DNA from: Mobula hypostoma
Taxonomy: Eukaryota
Direction: 5' to 3'
DNA: 64,000 nucleotides
Assembly (NCBI RefSeq): GCF_963921235.1
Contig: NC_086113.1
Coordinates: 10,664,001 to 10,728,000 of the forward strand
Made by a program: the position numbers and the translations under genes
Notes under the pieces: generated by a model
The model's database searches: none
What the model was told of the DNA's origin: nothing
Seen by the model: the letters and a program-made list of their open reading frames with translations, nothing else
Shown here: piece by piece, positions 13,136 to 25,487 of the stretch
How positions within the stretch are numbered: position 1 is the stretch's first letter
Layout: each line of letters opens with the position of its first letter

Positions 13136-14159
13136 TTCTGTGTTATTAGTGAGCAGTGAATTTTGTGAAGGGTATTGCGACTTTGAACTGTATGTCTATG
13201 CTGTGCCTTTGTATGACTTTGCACGAATTCCAATAAGTGGCTCTTAGCGCAGCGTCGGTGTATGTTTTTTTGTGACAAAGGATAACTATAAAGCCTAAAA
13301 GACTGGCAGTTTAAGAAATTAGTGATGAGCTTTTGTATTTGTTTTTAAAACTGACTGGAAGTTAAAATAAAGTTTCTATAGTAACTTTCCTGCTCTTTAG
13401 ACTCCCAGATAAGTATTTCTCTTGCGTTTGTTGTCTTGTGAATTAAAATGTTTCCACTACAAACGCTTAACATAGTTTTTGTCCAAAAAAAAGTAAAAGT
13501 TTGGCATAATTTTTATAACTTTGCTCTAGATGAAAATATTGCAGATTGGTTAACCACAGGGTTTCAAGTTGCGCAAACTTGTAAAGACGGGTCTCTAACA
13601 AATGCATTTCGAAATTTATGATTATTGCAAATGGCGGAATTCGGTAGGAATTAGTTCAGTGAATATTTGAACGTGGTGCTATATTGTAATTTGGTGTTTT
13701 TACGCATTTCGGAGTGAATACGTACGCCTCTTGAATCCCAGTCCTTGCGCTCTGAATTTTGCGCACCGTTTCCTTCTCCTGCTAAAACGCCAATTTCCTT
13801 GCTGCCTCCATTGCTGTTCTTGCAATTGAACAAACCCTTTTCATAGACCTGATTTCTCTGAAACTCTATAGTGTGGGTCTGAGGAAAGATTGCACCCTGA
13901 AGCATTCCAACCACTTTTGTTCCGCAGGTAGGCGTTAAGCCCACGATCTCTCAACTCCCCCATTCTAAAGTGTAGCGTAAACCTCTTCCAACAGGTATTT
14001 TCACTTTACAGAGTTAACTTCACTTACCGCGTGAAAGCAGGGCAGAAAAGTCACCACTTAGCTCCTGACAGCAAGGGGGATCAGTACTTTCACCCTTTCT
14101 GCTGAGTGAGTGCTCGTCCTTTAAAGTTATAAACAGTAAACTTTTATACACCTCAGTTC

Positions 14160-14350
14160 CGGCTATATGACATTTGGGTGCCAAATGAATAGGGTTTTGT
14201 CTATGAATTAGATCGTAAAATCATCCATAGCACAGACTGATAGCCTCACTGGCTATAAAAAATCACGTGGTGTCATTAAAGTAAGTTTTATGGTTTTGGG
14301 GAGTTGACATGGAACAGTATATTCTACATAACATATAATCTCACTGACGC
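14160..14350 (+). promoter_or_regulatory. Conserved element 3' of HoxA5 (Cdx-site mesodermal enhancer or internal promoter)
   Basis: TCGTAAAA, CTATAAAA, CACGTG (14264), TCATTAAA and TTTTATGG clustered within about 190 bp. Confidence 0.6.
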
Positions 14351-16342
14351 TGGACTTCATTTGGCTCCTTTGCAGATTGCGTGTGCAGGCAGGCCACTCA
14401 AATGGCTAATCTTCTTGCTCAGAGGACTATCCACAGCTCCACAACTCCAGTATACAGGAAAGTTGTGTTTTCTTGCAATACAAGGTAAATTCTGTTGAAA
14501 TATTATCGTTGCAATTCTCAGCAAGAAATTTGGCCCAGTAACTCAGGCCTTGAGCGGCACCCAGAGTGCACTGAGGCAGAGAAAAAAGTCTGAGTGAGCT
14601 ACGAATTAGTTTCTTTTTGCGTTCAAATGAAGCTTCTGTTTTTTTAACAAATCAAGTCGTGCCAAAATGAAAGATTAAGAAAGAAAAAAAAACTTTGAGG
14701 GAGGAGTGTGTGTGTTCCATTAAAAATGTAACAGGTTTTTGCAAGGCACGATTAATTCTTACCGAAAGCTACTGTTATTGTTCAGTACTTTATACTGTGG
14801 ACAGACTTTTTTTTTGCCCCGCAAACTCTGATAGTGGTGTTTAATGTGTTTATTTGTGATTTGTTTGAGGGGAGTGTTCTGCTGCTGTTGTGACAAGTCT
14901 CTTGTTGGTGTTGTTTCAAAGTATATGTTTCAAATGTATTCATTGGCAAGCAATTCGGGAGCTTACGGGGTACTGATATTTTAATGAGTAGGGTGTAAGT
15001 GTGGTTTGAAGAGTTCCAAAATAAAGCCAGTCTGCACACATGAGCTGATTAAGGTACACAGACTGTATTACATGATTCTTTCACGTAACCAAGCAAACCG
15101 CCCCTCCCCCCAGCCCCCTCCTCGAAATCGTAATTTAAACTTTTATGGCGACAATCATCAGTCTTTTGAGGAATGGAAGTACGGGTAATATAACAAAAGA
15201 TGTTACTGCAAAGAAAAACATCCTTAAGATCTAAACTTAGGCACATGTGCCACAGAAAGACCAAATTTATTTATAACATAACATCTGAAATACGCCCAAT
15301 AGAAAAGTTACTGCAACTTTTACTCTTAATTGTTGTAACGCCAACATTGTTTTTCTCGTGAATTGCAGGCTTCCCACAGTAGTGGCTGACGAACCATAAA
15401 GTTTATGACCGATTTTTTATTCTTTGAAGCTTCCGCTAGTCTAGAATGTAGATGAAGGCTTACATGTATAATCAAAGGAAGAATGCTTGAAAACAGTATT
15501 TCCGAAGAACGGAAGTTTTTTTTGAGAGCAAAATTCATTAACTTCTCTGGATATTTCATTTTCGTTTGTAATGTCATAGCAAACCTATACTATAAGGAGT
15601 AGAGATAATAGGCGACTACAGATTTAAAGAGGTTGAAAGCAATTACCCTCCAGAACTTACACTCAAAACATTCCACTGCAATTAGGTCTGTTTTACGACG
15701 TGCTATAAAACCCAACAGTAAATAAAGGAAATCGGCCCCTGTATCAATACAGCAGTTCCGGATCGGCCATGTCAATCGCGTCAATCTGTTGTAATTTCCT
15801 TTGTATTAGTTTACATTTAAATATGACAGTTTAATATATCATCTGTCCAGATCACTTAAAGGCCTCTTATAACAAGCCAAAACGATCTTTAGTTTCAATC
15901 AGTGCTGGAGTACCATTCAGACAAACATTACATATTACTTATTACAGTTACAATTGATTTCCTTGCGAATGCATTCCTAAACCCTAGTGGTAATGTTTTA
16001 TTTCGTTTCAAATTACTCAAAGGGTTATGCACTTGATATAATTTGCTGAACTTGGGGTGGGGGGACATTTCATTTATATATAAAAAAACATTCTACACTC
16101 CAAACTGGACAAAAAGTTGGAGGAGCATGCTGTCAAGTTAAGGATTAAACGTATGCATGCTATCTAAAATGGGAACTGCACACCCTTGAGCAATGCAGAT
16201 ATTCTATAGGGACCAATACAGAATGGCTTAGGGTGCTCCCCCAAAAGTGCCGAGTTCTGAGATTTCCTCGGTAAGGTACCTACTATTTTCTATAAGGCCT
16301 TCTTTCTCCATTTAGTATACTGCATCTGTATACTTGAGGGTG

Positions 16343-16480
16343 NNNNNNNNNNNNNNNNNNNNNNNNNNNNNNNNNNNNNNNNNNNNNNNNNNNNNNNNNN
16401 NNNNNNNNNNNNNNNNNNNNNNNNNNNNNNNNNNNNNNNNNNNNNNNNNNNNNNNNNNNNNNNNNNNNNNNNNNNNNNNN
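16343..16480. other. N-run (138 nt)
   Basis: Run of n characters. Confidence 0.99.
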
Positions 16481-18577
16481 TAACTAGTTTCTGAGGAGAA
16501 CTGTATTTGCCTTTCAGAAGCATCCTTTCAATGGTTTGAGGCTGCCATTTTACGTGAACGATTACAGACACATTTTCAAAACAAAATCAGCGGTTCATTA
16601 TTTGATATGCCTTTTACAAAGTCTTCTTCAAGAAGGCCCTTGGCAAAGACATAACACGGAGTACAAAGGCAATCTGTTCAGTTTGTGAAACACAAATTGT
16701 CAATAAATTCAATTTCTTACAAGACAGAATGTTTAATCTGAAAATGTAGTGAATGAACCCTCATTCAAAAAGCTGTTGTTCAATTTAGAAATCGGATATA
16801 GGTGAAAAATCTTTTGTTTTCTCAAATTGAAGCAATGGATAAGTTTTAGTTGAGGCGTTTAATTGAGAGCTTTAACGTAACATATCTCTACCCTTTAACA
16901 TACCATCTCATTAATCAGTGGTTGAAATTAAAAGCAGCTTCTGTGTGGTTCAGCCAACAATTCCCTTATCGTGAAGAAAAAATATAAATGTTAAACAAAT
17001 GAGAAGTTCTGAGTGGTAAAGAGATGGACGCCAAAAAACCTGGAATGCGACGTGCTTACGTTTCTTCTGTGCTAAGGGCATCGAAAGGGCACCACGTACT
17101 TCAATTGCAATCTATGCTAGTTTGCTTTTGGACAGAATAGAAGTTTCTCTAACCACAACAAATAGATTCTTTATCAAACCAAGAGCCCGTTACAAGGATT
17201 TTGATGTAGTTGTCCCTTTTTTGTAATCTCTAAAATGTATGCATCTTTGTATTATGTGAGACAGGGACAAATTTCTCGGGGGCCCTCTCAGTGGATCTGG
17301 GGTTGTTGTTGGTGGTGGTGGTGGTGGTGGGAAGGTGGGTGGGAAAGAGCGGCTGGCAGTGTTGAGAGTAACTATTTATGATTAAAGTAAGATAATTGAC
17401 TTGGTATTCATTGCATCTTAAAATAACTTTAAAAGGGAGTGGCAATATTGCTCTGTTTATGAGCATAAAATGTTACCATACAGCTCACTGAAATAAGCAG
17501 AAATGCATGTGTGATAATATTATCCACATGATGACCTAACATATCAGTTCAGATTATCTAGCAAGCTACGTAAGTGCTTAACCGAGTAGTTGTCTTTTTT
17601 AGTTGCATTTAGTCCATCTATCTGACTCTTGGCGATATTGTTAAATGGAATATTTGAGGTCTAAAAATGAGGGTTGTTAAAAGAAAGTAACACACGTATG
17701 CTCTCAGGAGTTCCGTCACGTTCACGTTTTATTTCTTTATTTTGTTCGAAGTCCCTTGGCACTCAGGTTCATGGAATTAACTGTATTTCTGCAGAGACAA
17801 CTAATGAGCTAAAGAAGCAGATTGTTACTAAATACGCTGCCATGAATTTTTCAGCCGTAAAGTTTTGACTGCAGCATGACCTTGTAGAAATAAAGAACTT
17901 GTTAAGTCTTCCTGAAATGGTTTCATTAATAACCGCGGTGTGTTTACTGGAATGGAAGATATTGTTGTAATAAAACGCTGAAAGATTCCGTTCACATCAG
18001 TATGTCTTGCTACAGATGGAATGGGTTGGGGGGGGGAGTGAAACAGGCGAACCCACTAAATAAACCATAATATATATTTTTTATTTTGTTACTAGAGACA
18101 TGTCCTTCACAAAAAAAGGGCGATGCAAGTAGTTATCATACACACTTTATCTAAATAGGGTATCATTACGCAAAGATTAAAATAGCAGTATGTATTATGT
18201 TTATGCATTTGTATTTGTCAACCTTCTTCTCTGGAGGAAGGAATCAGTAGCTTAAAACAATCTTTTAGAGAGAGTTCACTTAGAATCAATACGCAAAAGG
18301 AAATTTCACAAAGTTTTATTATTTTCCCGCCTCCTTTTATGTTTGCTTCATCTACTGCTTACAGTTGCGACATAAACTAATTAATAATGCATCTTTTTTT
18401 TTCTTAAGAGGGTATCATATTAAAGTCACGCGTCTTTGGCAAGGAGAGTTCAGAATGCGCCCCTCTTGTACAAAAATTATGTAATTTGGATGGGGATTAT
18501 TTCATTGATTGGAGGATTTTCGTTCCTTAAATCAAAAAAGGGCATGTTTTCAGGGAAGAAAGAGGTATCTGCACACT

Positions 18578-18601
18578 CTGCAACTCACCAGCAGAGCTCG
18601 C
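18578..18601 (+). promoter_or_regulatory. Putative CTCF site with upstream (U) motif between HoxA5 and HoxA4
   Basis: CTGCAACTCA followed by CCAGCAGAGCTCGC, i.e. a TGCA-type U motif plus core. Confidence 0.55.
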
Positions 18602-21458
18602 TTTAGACCAAGTTCACAGTCAGTATTAGCAGGGGTTGGAAGCTTGCGTACCCATTGTTCTATCAGTATAACAGAAAAGAACGAAAATGCGAAAGTAAAC
18701 TCGTGTTAAATTGATCTGTTTTTCTCCCCCACACTATCTATAATTACATTGGCTGGTCGCTGCAATGATAAAAAAAACTTACCCTCTTTGCACATCCAAC
18801 AAAATAAAGGAGCACTCGAATAAACAGCTTGCAGACTGTTGAGTTTCATGCCATTTTTAAGATTAAAAGGACGTTTCACTTATGGGGGGACGGGTTGGGG
18901 GGGGGGTTAGGTGTGGGACAGAAGGAGAGGGAATGGATGCAACTGCTTTAGCTTTCCAAAACTTGAAATTAGCAGTACATCATGAAAATACTGAACGAAA
19001 GGGGATATTATCTAGTCCTCAGTGGGGCTTTGAAAAAGGCTCCCTGTACGGTGGTTGGCAGGGCGGTACAACTATAGGGTCAAAAAGTTGAGGGTCAAAA
19101 GTTTACGTTTTGCCCGACTTGCAATCATCTGCTCAGACAGAGTTTGATGTCAATGTTATAGCGCGATCTTGACTATCAGCACAAAAGATAAAATAGCTTT
19201 GAGTTACCCGTGTATCATGCAATGGACTCCAGGTGAACCCTAGCGACTGAACGACCTCAATTACTGACGAAAGGAAAGAAAAAAAATGCTCTTTTCATGA
19301 TGGAGACACATTGTATTTCATATTGAAAAATCGACCACGGTATTTCTCCTATCTCCCGTGTAAATGTAGCAGGTAAATCTTTCGAAATTGTACCAAAAAA
19401 AAATCAAGAGACCTTTGTCTAAAAAGATAATTCAATTGTTTTATTTAAGTTCGCACTGAAATACGCTTTTTAGGATTTGAAATACAGCAGAAGTCTGTCG
19501 AATTCCAATATACAACAGGGTACACAGTCCTCCCCTAGGCAAAGATCGACATCAATTAAATTTAGATTCATAGAAACCTTCTTTTAAAAAGAAATGTAGA
19601 ACAACTGCTGCTAATTTAGAATTAATGAACATTTCAAAAGTACATATGTTTGCACTGACATCCTAGCTAAATCATAAAATTATATAGGTATGTGTCCTAC
19701 TCTGTATCCTTTTCATTTCCGTTTTGTTCATATCGATGGAAGTGTAACATTTGAGAGGGAAATAACTACATATAAAGCTGTTAAAAAAGCTTAGTTATTT
19801 CCTCAATTACTTCTATTTATTTGAACAAATCCTTAGCTATGTCTTGCTCTCTTATTTTTTTCACCCCCTAAAATAAATTTCAGTAGATAATATGAAGAAT
19901 ATAAATTATATATAGAATGATAAATACACAAGCTAACATTAGAATCATTACAGGATTACGGCCAGTGTTTTAAATGTATTACAAACTAATCTTAGCTATG
20001 CGTGTAATCTTAACGACTAAGTAAACTAATAAGTAAACGACTAAATCATAGAAGAAGGTCAAATTTTGTTTGGGGCATTAAATCCAGATATAATATTTTA
20101 TACAAATATAAGCATTTAAATAGCACCGCCGCCGTTTGGTCATGTTATAGATCATGATCAAATACGTCTTAGCTTAAGATACCGATAGAGAATATAAAGC
20201 CGTGTAAAAACGTCTTATATTTCCTGATTTTCATCATAGTTAGCAAATTATGAGTAACGGGATGCAGCGTATTTTGTAAACCAATATTAGCGTTCTACCT
20301 AGAAACTGGAGAATGCGTGCATTCGAAAATCATTAACACACAGGTAATGGATTAGGAAAGTAAAAAAAAAGCATAGTGTTGTAGGGATAAACGAAATTAA
20401 TGTTTGTTAGGAGCAGGCCAAATTGCATAATCAGTACACCAACAGTTTGCAAAAAAAACCCAATCTATTTCATATGTGATTCAAAAACAAATGCATTATT
20501 CAGTAGGTCAAGGAGCCATCTTTACTCGGAGTCCATATAACCTTCTTCACACCCCCTACCCCCACCCACTCCTCCATCTCATTCTTCTTGAAACTTACAG
20601 ATTTCAGATTATATTTATTTACTGTATGTATGGATAAAAAGGAATAACATTTCTGACACAGTAAGGGACTCATAGAAAAGTGGCGGATTTTGGTGAAAGA
20701 AGGAAACGGTATGATATTGTATAACAGATACGAATAAAGAGAAGACAGGAATCCATCATGCATAAATGGACCTTTTTTCCTTCGCTAAGAAAGATGGGAA
20801 GCTTATCCTAAACGAATAATTTCGTTTTGCAATTTTGACACTTGTTACTAGAATAGTTTGTTGGAAATTAAAACGTTTTCAGAAGCGGGAAATCATTGGA
20901 GAGGGAACACTCCATTGGTGAAATTAGGAAACAGGACATCTTGTCACAATTTTCAAAATTGAAGGTCATATATGAAAAACGTGTTCCCTAAAATAGTAGA
21001 TTTATTTTATGAGCACGACATTCTGACATAATATATTGGGGATGAAGTTTGTAGAGGGATGGAGGCACGAGTGAGTGGATTTCAAATTAAATGCAGATGT
21101 ATTAGTAACACAATACAGCCCTTTGTGCAACTTTTTTGTATGTTAAAATTAATATCAAATCTAAAAAGAAAATTATCCGATCCTTGGTATTTTTAAATGT
21201 TATTTAATATTTTCCAGAATTATTTTTTTCTGAGTTTGATCAAACAGATTTTTACAAATGCATTGATCTTTCACTAGAAGTTATATTTACAAACATTGAA
21301 GCACGCTACAGAAATGGCTATTGCGACACTCGGGACTGTATAGAACCCATGCATTTTGGCTACTTTTCCCCCCTCCACAAAGGTAATGACCTGGGCAAAA
21401 CACTCTGGTATTTGAAAGAGCACTATAGGCCTTTTAGAAATGGCTAAGTCCAAGGCCG

Positions 21459-21475
21459 AGGTGAAATTCAGGTCA
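21459..21475 (+). promoter_or_regulatory. HoxA4 5' DR5 retinoic-acid response element
   Basis: AGGTGA aattc AGGTCA, about 2.9 kb upstream of the HoxA4 ATG. Matches the Hoxa4/Hoxd4 5' RARE type. Confidence 0.9.
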
Positions 21476-24394
21476 CCGCGTCTAACAAATATGAAAATGT
21501 CGCCTCACGAATGGCACGCCTTGTTACTTAACAAAGACTGTCAATGTATAAGATTAATAAGAAACAAAATGCACACGGTGTCACTTTTCGGTCACTTCCA
21601 AACTTAGCTTCGCGTATCCCTTACGAAATCTCATTTCATTGAATAAAACCTTTTGTTTTGTTTCCCGTGTCGAAGTCCAATAAATGCACAGTTGTGCAGC
21701 TCTGTGGGATGCGGTGCAAGCCTGCCCGAAGATGTATCTTCGAAATGTATCATTTTATTTGTTTTATTTTGTTTTTGACTCGGAGACCGGCTGTTTTAAC
21801 CACATGCCCCAGATAGAGATGCGAAACAAGTACACTTTGGCATGATGCAATCTATCTGATAAATCCCGAGATGGATTCGGACGCCTAATGAAGAAAATAT
21901 GAAACTCTTAATCATCTAAACTACTGATTTGCTGTTCGGAAGAGTTAAGACTGGTAAAGTGTAATTTCTGATTTATTAAAACGCGAAAACAAATCTTCCA
22001 TTTAGTGCCTCAGAACTTGGATCCTCTTTTACGTGAAACAGATTTCATGAACTCGACTCTTTCTAAAATTAAAATTTGGTGAAAGTTCTTAAGATCCCCA
22101 GGTTTTGGAAATGTCGTAAAAAAGCGTTAACTTTGCCTCTCTCTTTAAAATGGCTGTAAATCTGCCCTTGCAGTAAAAATGTCAAATGTGCACGCAGGCG
22201 AGCTAACACTTGGGGGTCTTGGCTCTATCTGTGTTTATTATGGAAAAAATGCTTTGGCGACTGACCTACATTTGCTCGTCTTCAGAAACGCCCTGTGTTT
22301 ATACGATGAGCTCTAATTCCCCATTTTTCGACAAAAAACGTAAATACAGATATCACCCAAGTTAATTAGTAGACTGCTTTATTTACTGGCAATTTATTTG
22401 GTTAATGCAAAACGATGCACTCTAAGCCTACCAAAGGAAAATCATGGGGCGTGTGGTGGTGGTGGGGGGCACAATAATTTTAGAAAGTTTGTATTTCTTA
22501 TAAAGGGCGTTGTTTAACAGGAAGTAAGATTTTATTAACATAATCTAGACCACATTATTTCATAACATTGTGGGCCGTATTATACTTAATTTAAATATAA
22601 ACATGCACAGAATGTATTCTAGGGGGTGTACAAAATAAATTCGCACAAGAAATGTATGTTGCTGTTTTAAGTTGTCCCTTCTTTGTACAGTGAGCAGTGG
22701 AAATAAGCATGTATTAATTACACCGAAAGTCAATTGATTTTTACAGCATGGTGTTTAATTGAACGCGTTCTAATGGGCGATTACACTCCGCTGCAGAACA
22801 GGCTGGGCTGGTAAATGTACTCTACTAAATATGTGTTCCAGTGCATGGAAAAGATTCACTCTAATAAAATGTGAGCAAATGTGCCTGGATACAGTGTGCC
22901 GTTCAAACAATAAAATTGAGATTTTAACGCATCCCTTATTGACAAGAACGAATGCTAATGAATCACTTTTATGGCAGTCCAGAAAGCATATTGCATATGC
23001 TTATTTTGGAAATGTAACGCGCAATGCAGCAACTTGGCACTTATTCTGTTGAGGGCAACTTCTTATTGCATGTATTCGAAAAATATCAGAATTCGCATGT
23101 AAGCATGATAGAATTTTAATCAGGTTAACTAATCTAAAACGCTAATCAGCGTGCTCAATTTATTATTGTCTTTTGAAGGAAAAGACAGCAAACATTAGAA
23201 GGCTTTATCAAATACCACTGATATTTTAATGCATTGCTTTAACAGACAGCATTTATTAAAGTTACATGTTTCATTCATCCACTCTTAACCGTGATATTGT
23301 AGAATTACCTGGAAATTAATTGTTTTTTTCAGTAATTAGCTATGCAAGGAGATGAAATAAGCTTCGTTTCAGATTGAAATGTGCAAAATTAACAAAGTTT
23401 AGTAAATTCCCTTTAACATATATCCATTCAAATTAATCGATTTACTGAGCATTTGTGCTTTCTGCATGCTTTTATACATAAAAGTAATGCAATCAGTATA
23501 CATTTTAACAATCCATTTCCAATAATACAATGTTCGTTTCTGTCACTCGTATTTCACCTAGCTCAATTAAATCAGATTTTAAAAAATAATATCATAGGAC
23601 AATATTAAATTAAAAATATTGCACAATCGAACAACTAAATGGGAGTTTTAACAAAATTTTATTGTATCATGTTGTTGATATCAATTGATTACATCACGTT
23701 TAGTAGTATACATGAAGCAGTTGGACACAATCTTCCAACACTTAGCGAATGTGATTTTACATTGAAATCTTACTGAGATATTCGAAAAGACACAAGTTTT
23801 ATTTCATTAAACCTAATATTTTTTAGAATTTTATGGGAATTCTTTCAAAGGCTGAATCTCAGAATGTCTTCAATGGCATCTGTTACTCCAGTGAACTCTC
23901 GGAATTATGCCACCAAATAGCCTTAACTTCCCTGCGATATATAAGTGAAAATGCTTATAGAGTCGCATTCTCAGAAAATAGTAAACTATTTAAGACATTA
24001 TCAGACCGCTCTTGATACTATCTTGTGATATTTTCCCCCGTTAACACACATCTTGCAAATATCTGTTGTCTGTATAATATCGTGACATCATTGCCTATTT
24101 AAAATTATTTTACAATTAGGTTTTTTTCCTGATTACTACGGTTTTTTTTTCTATCTATGCGGCAACATAATTTCGGGGAAACGAGATTTTGAATGATAAT
24201 ATGGAATTTTTCACTGGACTCCATGCATTCATCATTGGTGTATTTCCTTATCCGGGACCCACAGCCACTCGTCCCATTGGCTGCTTACATCACATGAACA
24301 GCTAACTTTATACACTTGACAGCAAGTAGGAGGGTTTTATGGAACAGAAAAACGACAACGCGAGAAAAATTAGTATTTTGCACTTCAGAAATTA

Positions 24395-24812
24395 ATGACC
24401 ATGAGTTCGTTTTTGATAAACTCCAACTACGTTGAGCCAAAATTTCCACCTTGTGAGGAATATTCTCAAAATAACTACATACCAAGCCAATCTCCTGAAT
24501 ACTACGAGCGGCCGCGGGACACTGGATTCCATCATGAGGCACTATACCCACAATCAAACTACCCAGAGCCGACCTACAGCTTCAACAATGTCCAAGGCAC
24601 TGGCAACCAGGACATGTCGCAAAGGGGTCATATGCAGTCGCAGACTAGCCTCCAAAATCACATACCGAGACAGAATCAGCTTTGTGAAGTGGTCCCAGTA
24701 GCTACACCAGCATTGTGTGGCCAAAATGCGAAAAATCCCACTGCCCAGAAGGGTACTCTCAGCAAAGAGCCCATAGTTTACCCGTGGATGAAGAAAATTC
24801 ACGTTACCACCG
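24395..24812 (+). CDS. hoxa4: Hox-A4 exon 1 (join 24395..24812,25162..25487; 247 aa)
   Basis: Starts MTMSSFLINSNYVEPKFPPCEEYSQ, contains KEPIVYPWMKKIHV, donor G|GTAAGT. Confidence 0.97.
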
Positions 24813-24897
24813 GTAAGTAACTAAAGCAAACTGAAACAATTAAAATTCACTTGAAATCGGATGTGCGGAACCCTTTCTGTAACTAGCCCTTTCATGA

Positions 24898-24955
24898 GAT
24901 TTACGATCACCTAACTGTTAGGTCGGTAATTACAGAGCCCATAAATTTGATTGCT
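24898..24955 (+). promoter_or_regulatory. HB1-type homeodomain-site cluster in the HoxA4 intron
   Basis: GATTTACGA...GTAATTAC...CCATAAATTTGATTG near the intron 5' end, as in Hox4 introns. Confidence 0.7.
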
Positions 24956-25161
24956 CTGGATCTCGCTTCTGGCCATGTGTCTTTGATGCTTTTCTAACCT
25001 AAATACCCAGAGCCATTTTATTGCAGTAGATTGTTCTCCGTTGTCAGAACACTTTGACAAAAAACTCTGGACTTTTATAACCTTCATTCACGTGCATCTA
25101 ATCCCATTGTCAGATTCGTGCCTGTCTCTGTATTTATGTTTGGTACTTTTTTTTTGTTCAG

Positions 25162-25487
25162 TGAACCCAAATTACACTGGAGGAGAGCCCAAACGGTCTC
25201 GAACTGCTTACACGAGACAACAAGTATTAGAGCTGGAAAAGGAGTTCCATTTTAACCGTTACCTAACCAGGCGTCGACGCATTGAGATTGCACACACTCT
25301 TTGCCTGTCTGAACGCCAGGTGAAGATCTGGTTTCAGAACAGAAGGATGAAATGGAAGAAAGATCACAAACTGCCTAACACTAAGATGCGTTCTGCTAGC
25401 TCATCATCTTCTACAAGCCAGCAAACACAAGTATCCTCCCAGGGCCCACAGCCAGATGGTTCAGCACCAAATTCATCAAGCCTATAG
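25162..25487 (+). CDS. hoxa4: Hox-A4 exon 2 (homeodomain)
   Basis: Poly-T plus TTCAG acceptor ends at 25161. Reads [23 protein letters not shown]...[13 protein letters not shown], with the PG4 LPNTK motif. Confidence 0.97.

Noticed and set aside
14500-24300. Intact miR-10 or miR-196 gene
   Set aside because: I saw no TACCCTGTAG or TAGGTAGTT mature sequence. Only the degenerate relic at about 22.6 kb was found, and miR-196b would lie upstream of HoxA9, outside the window.
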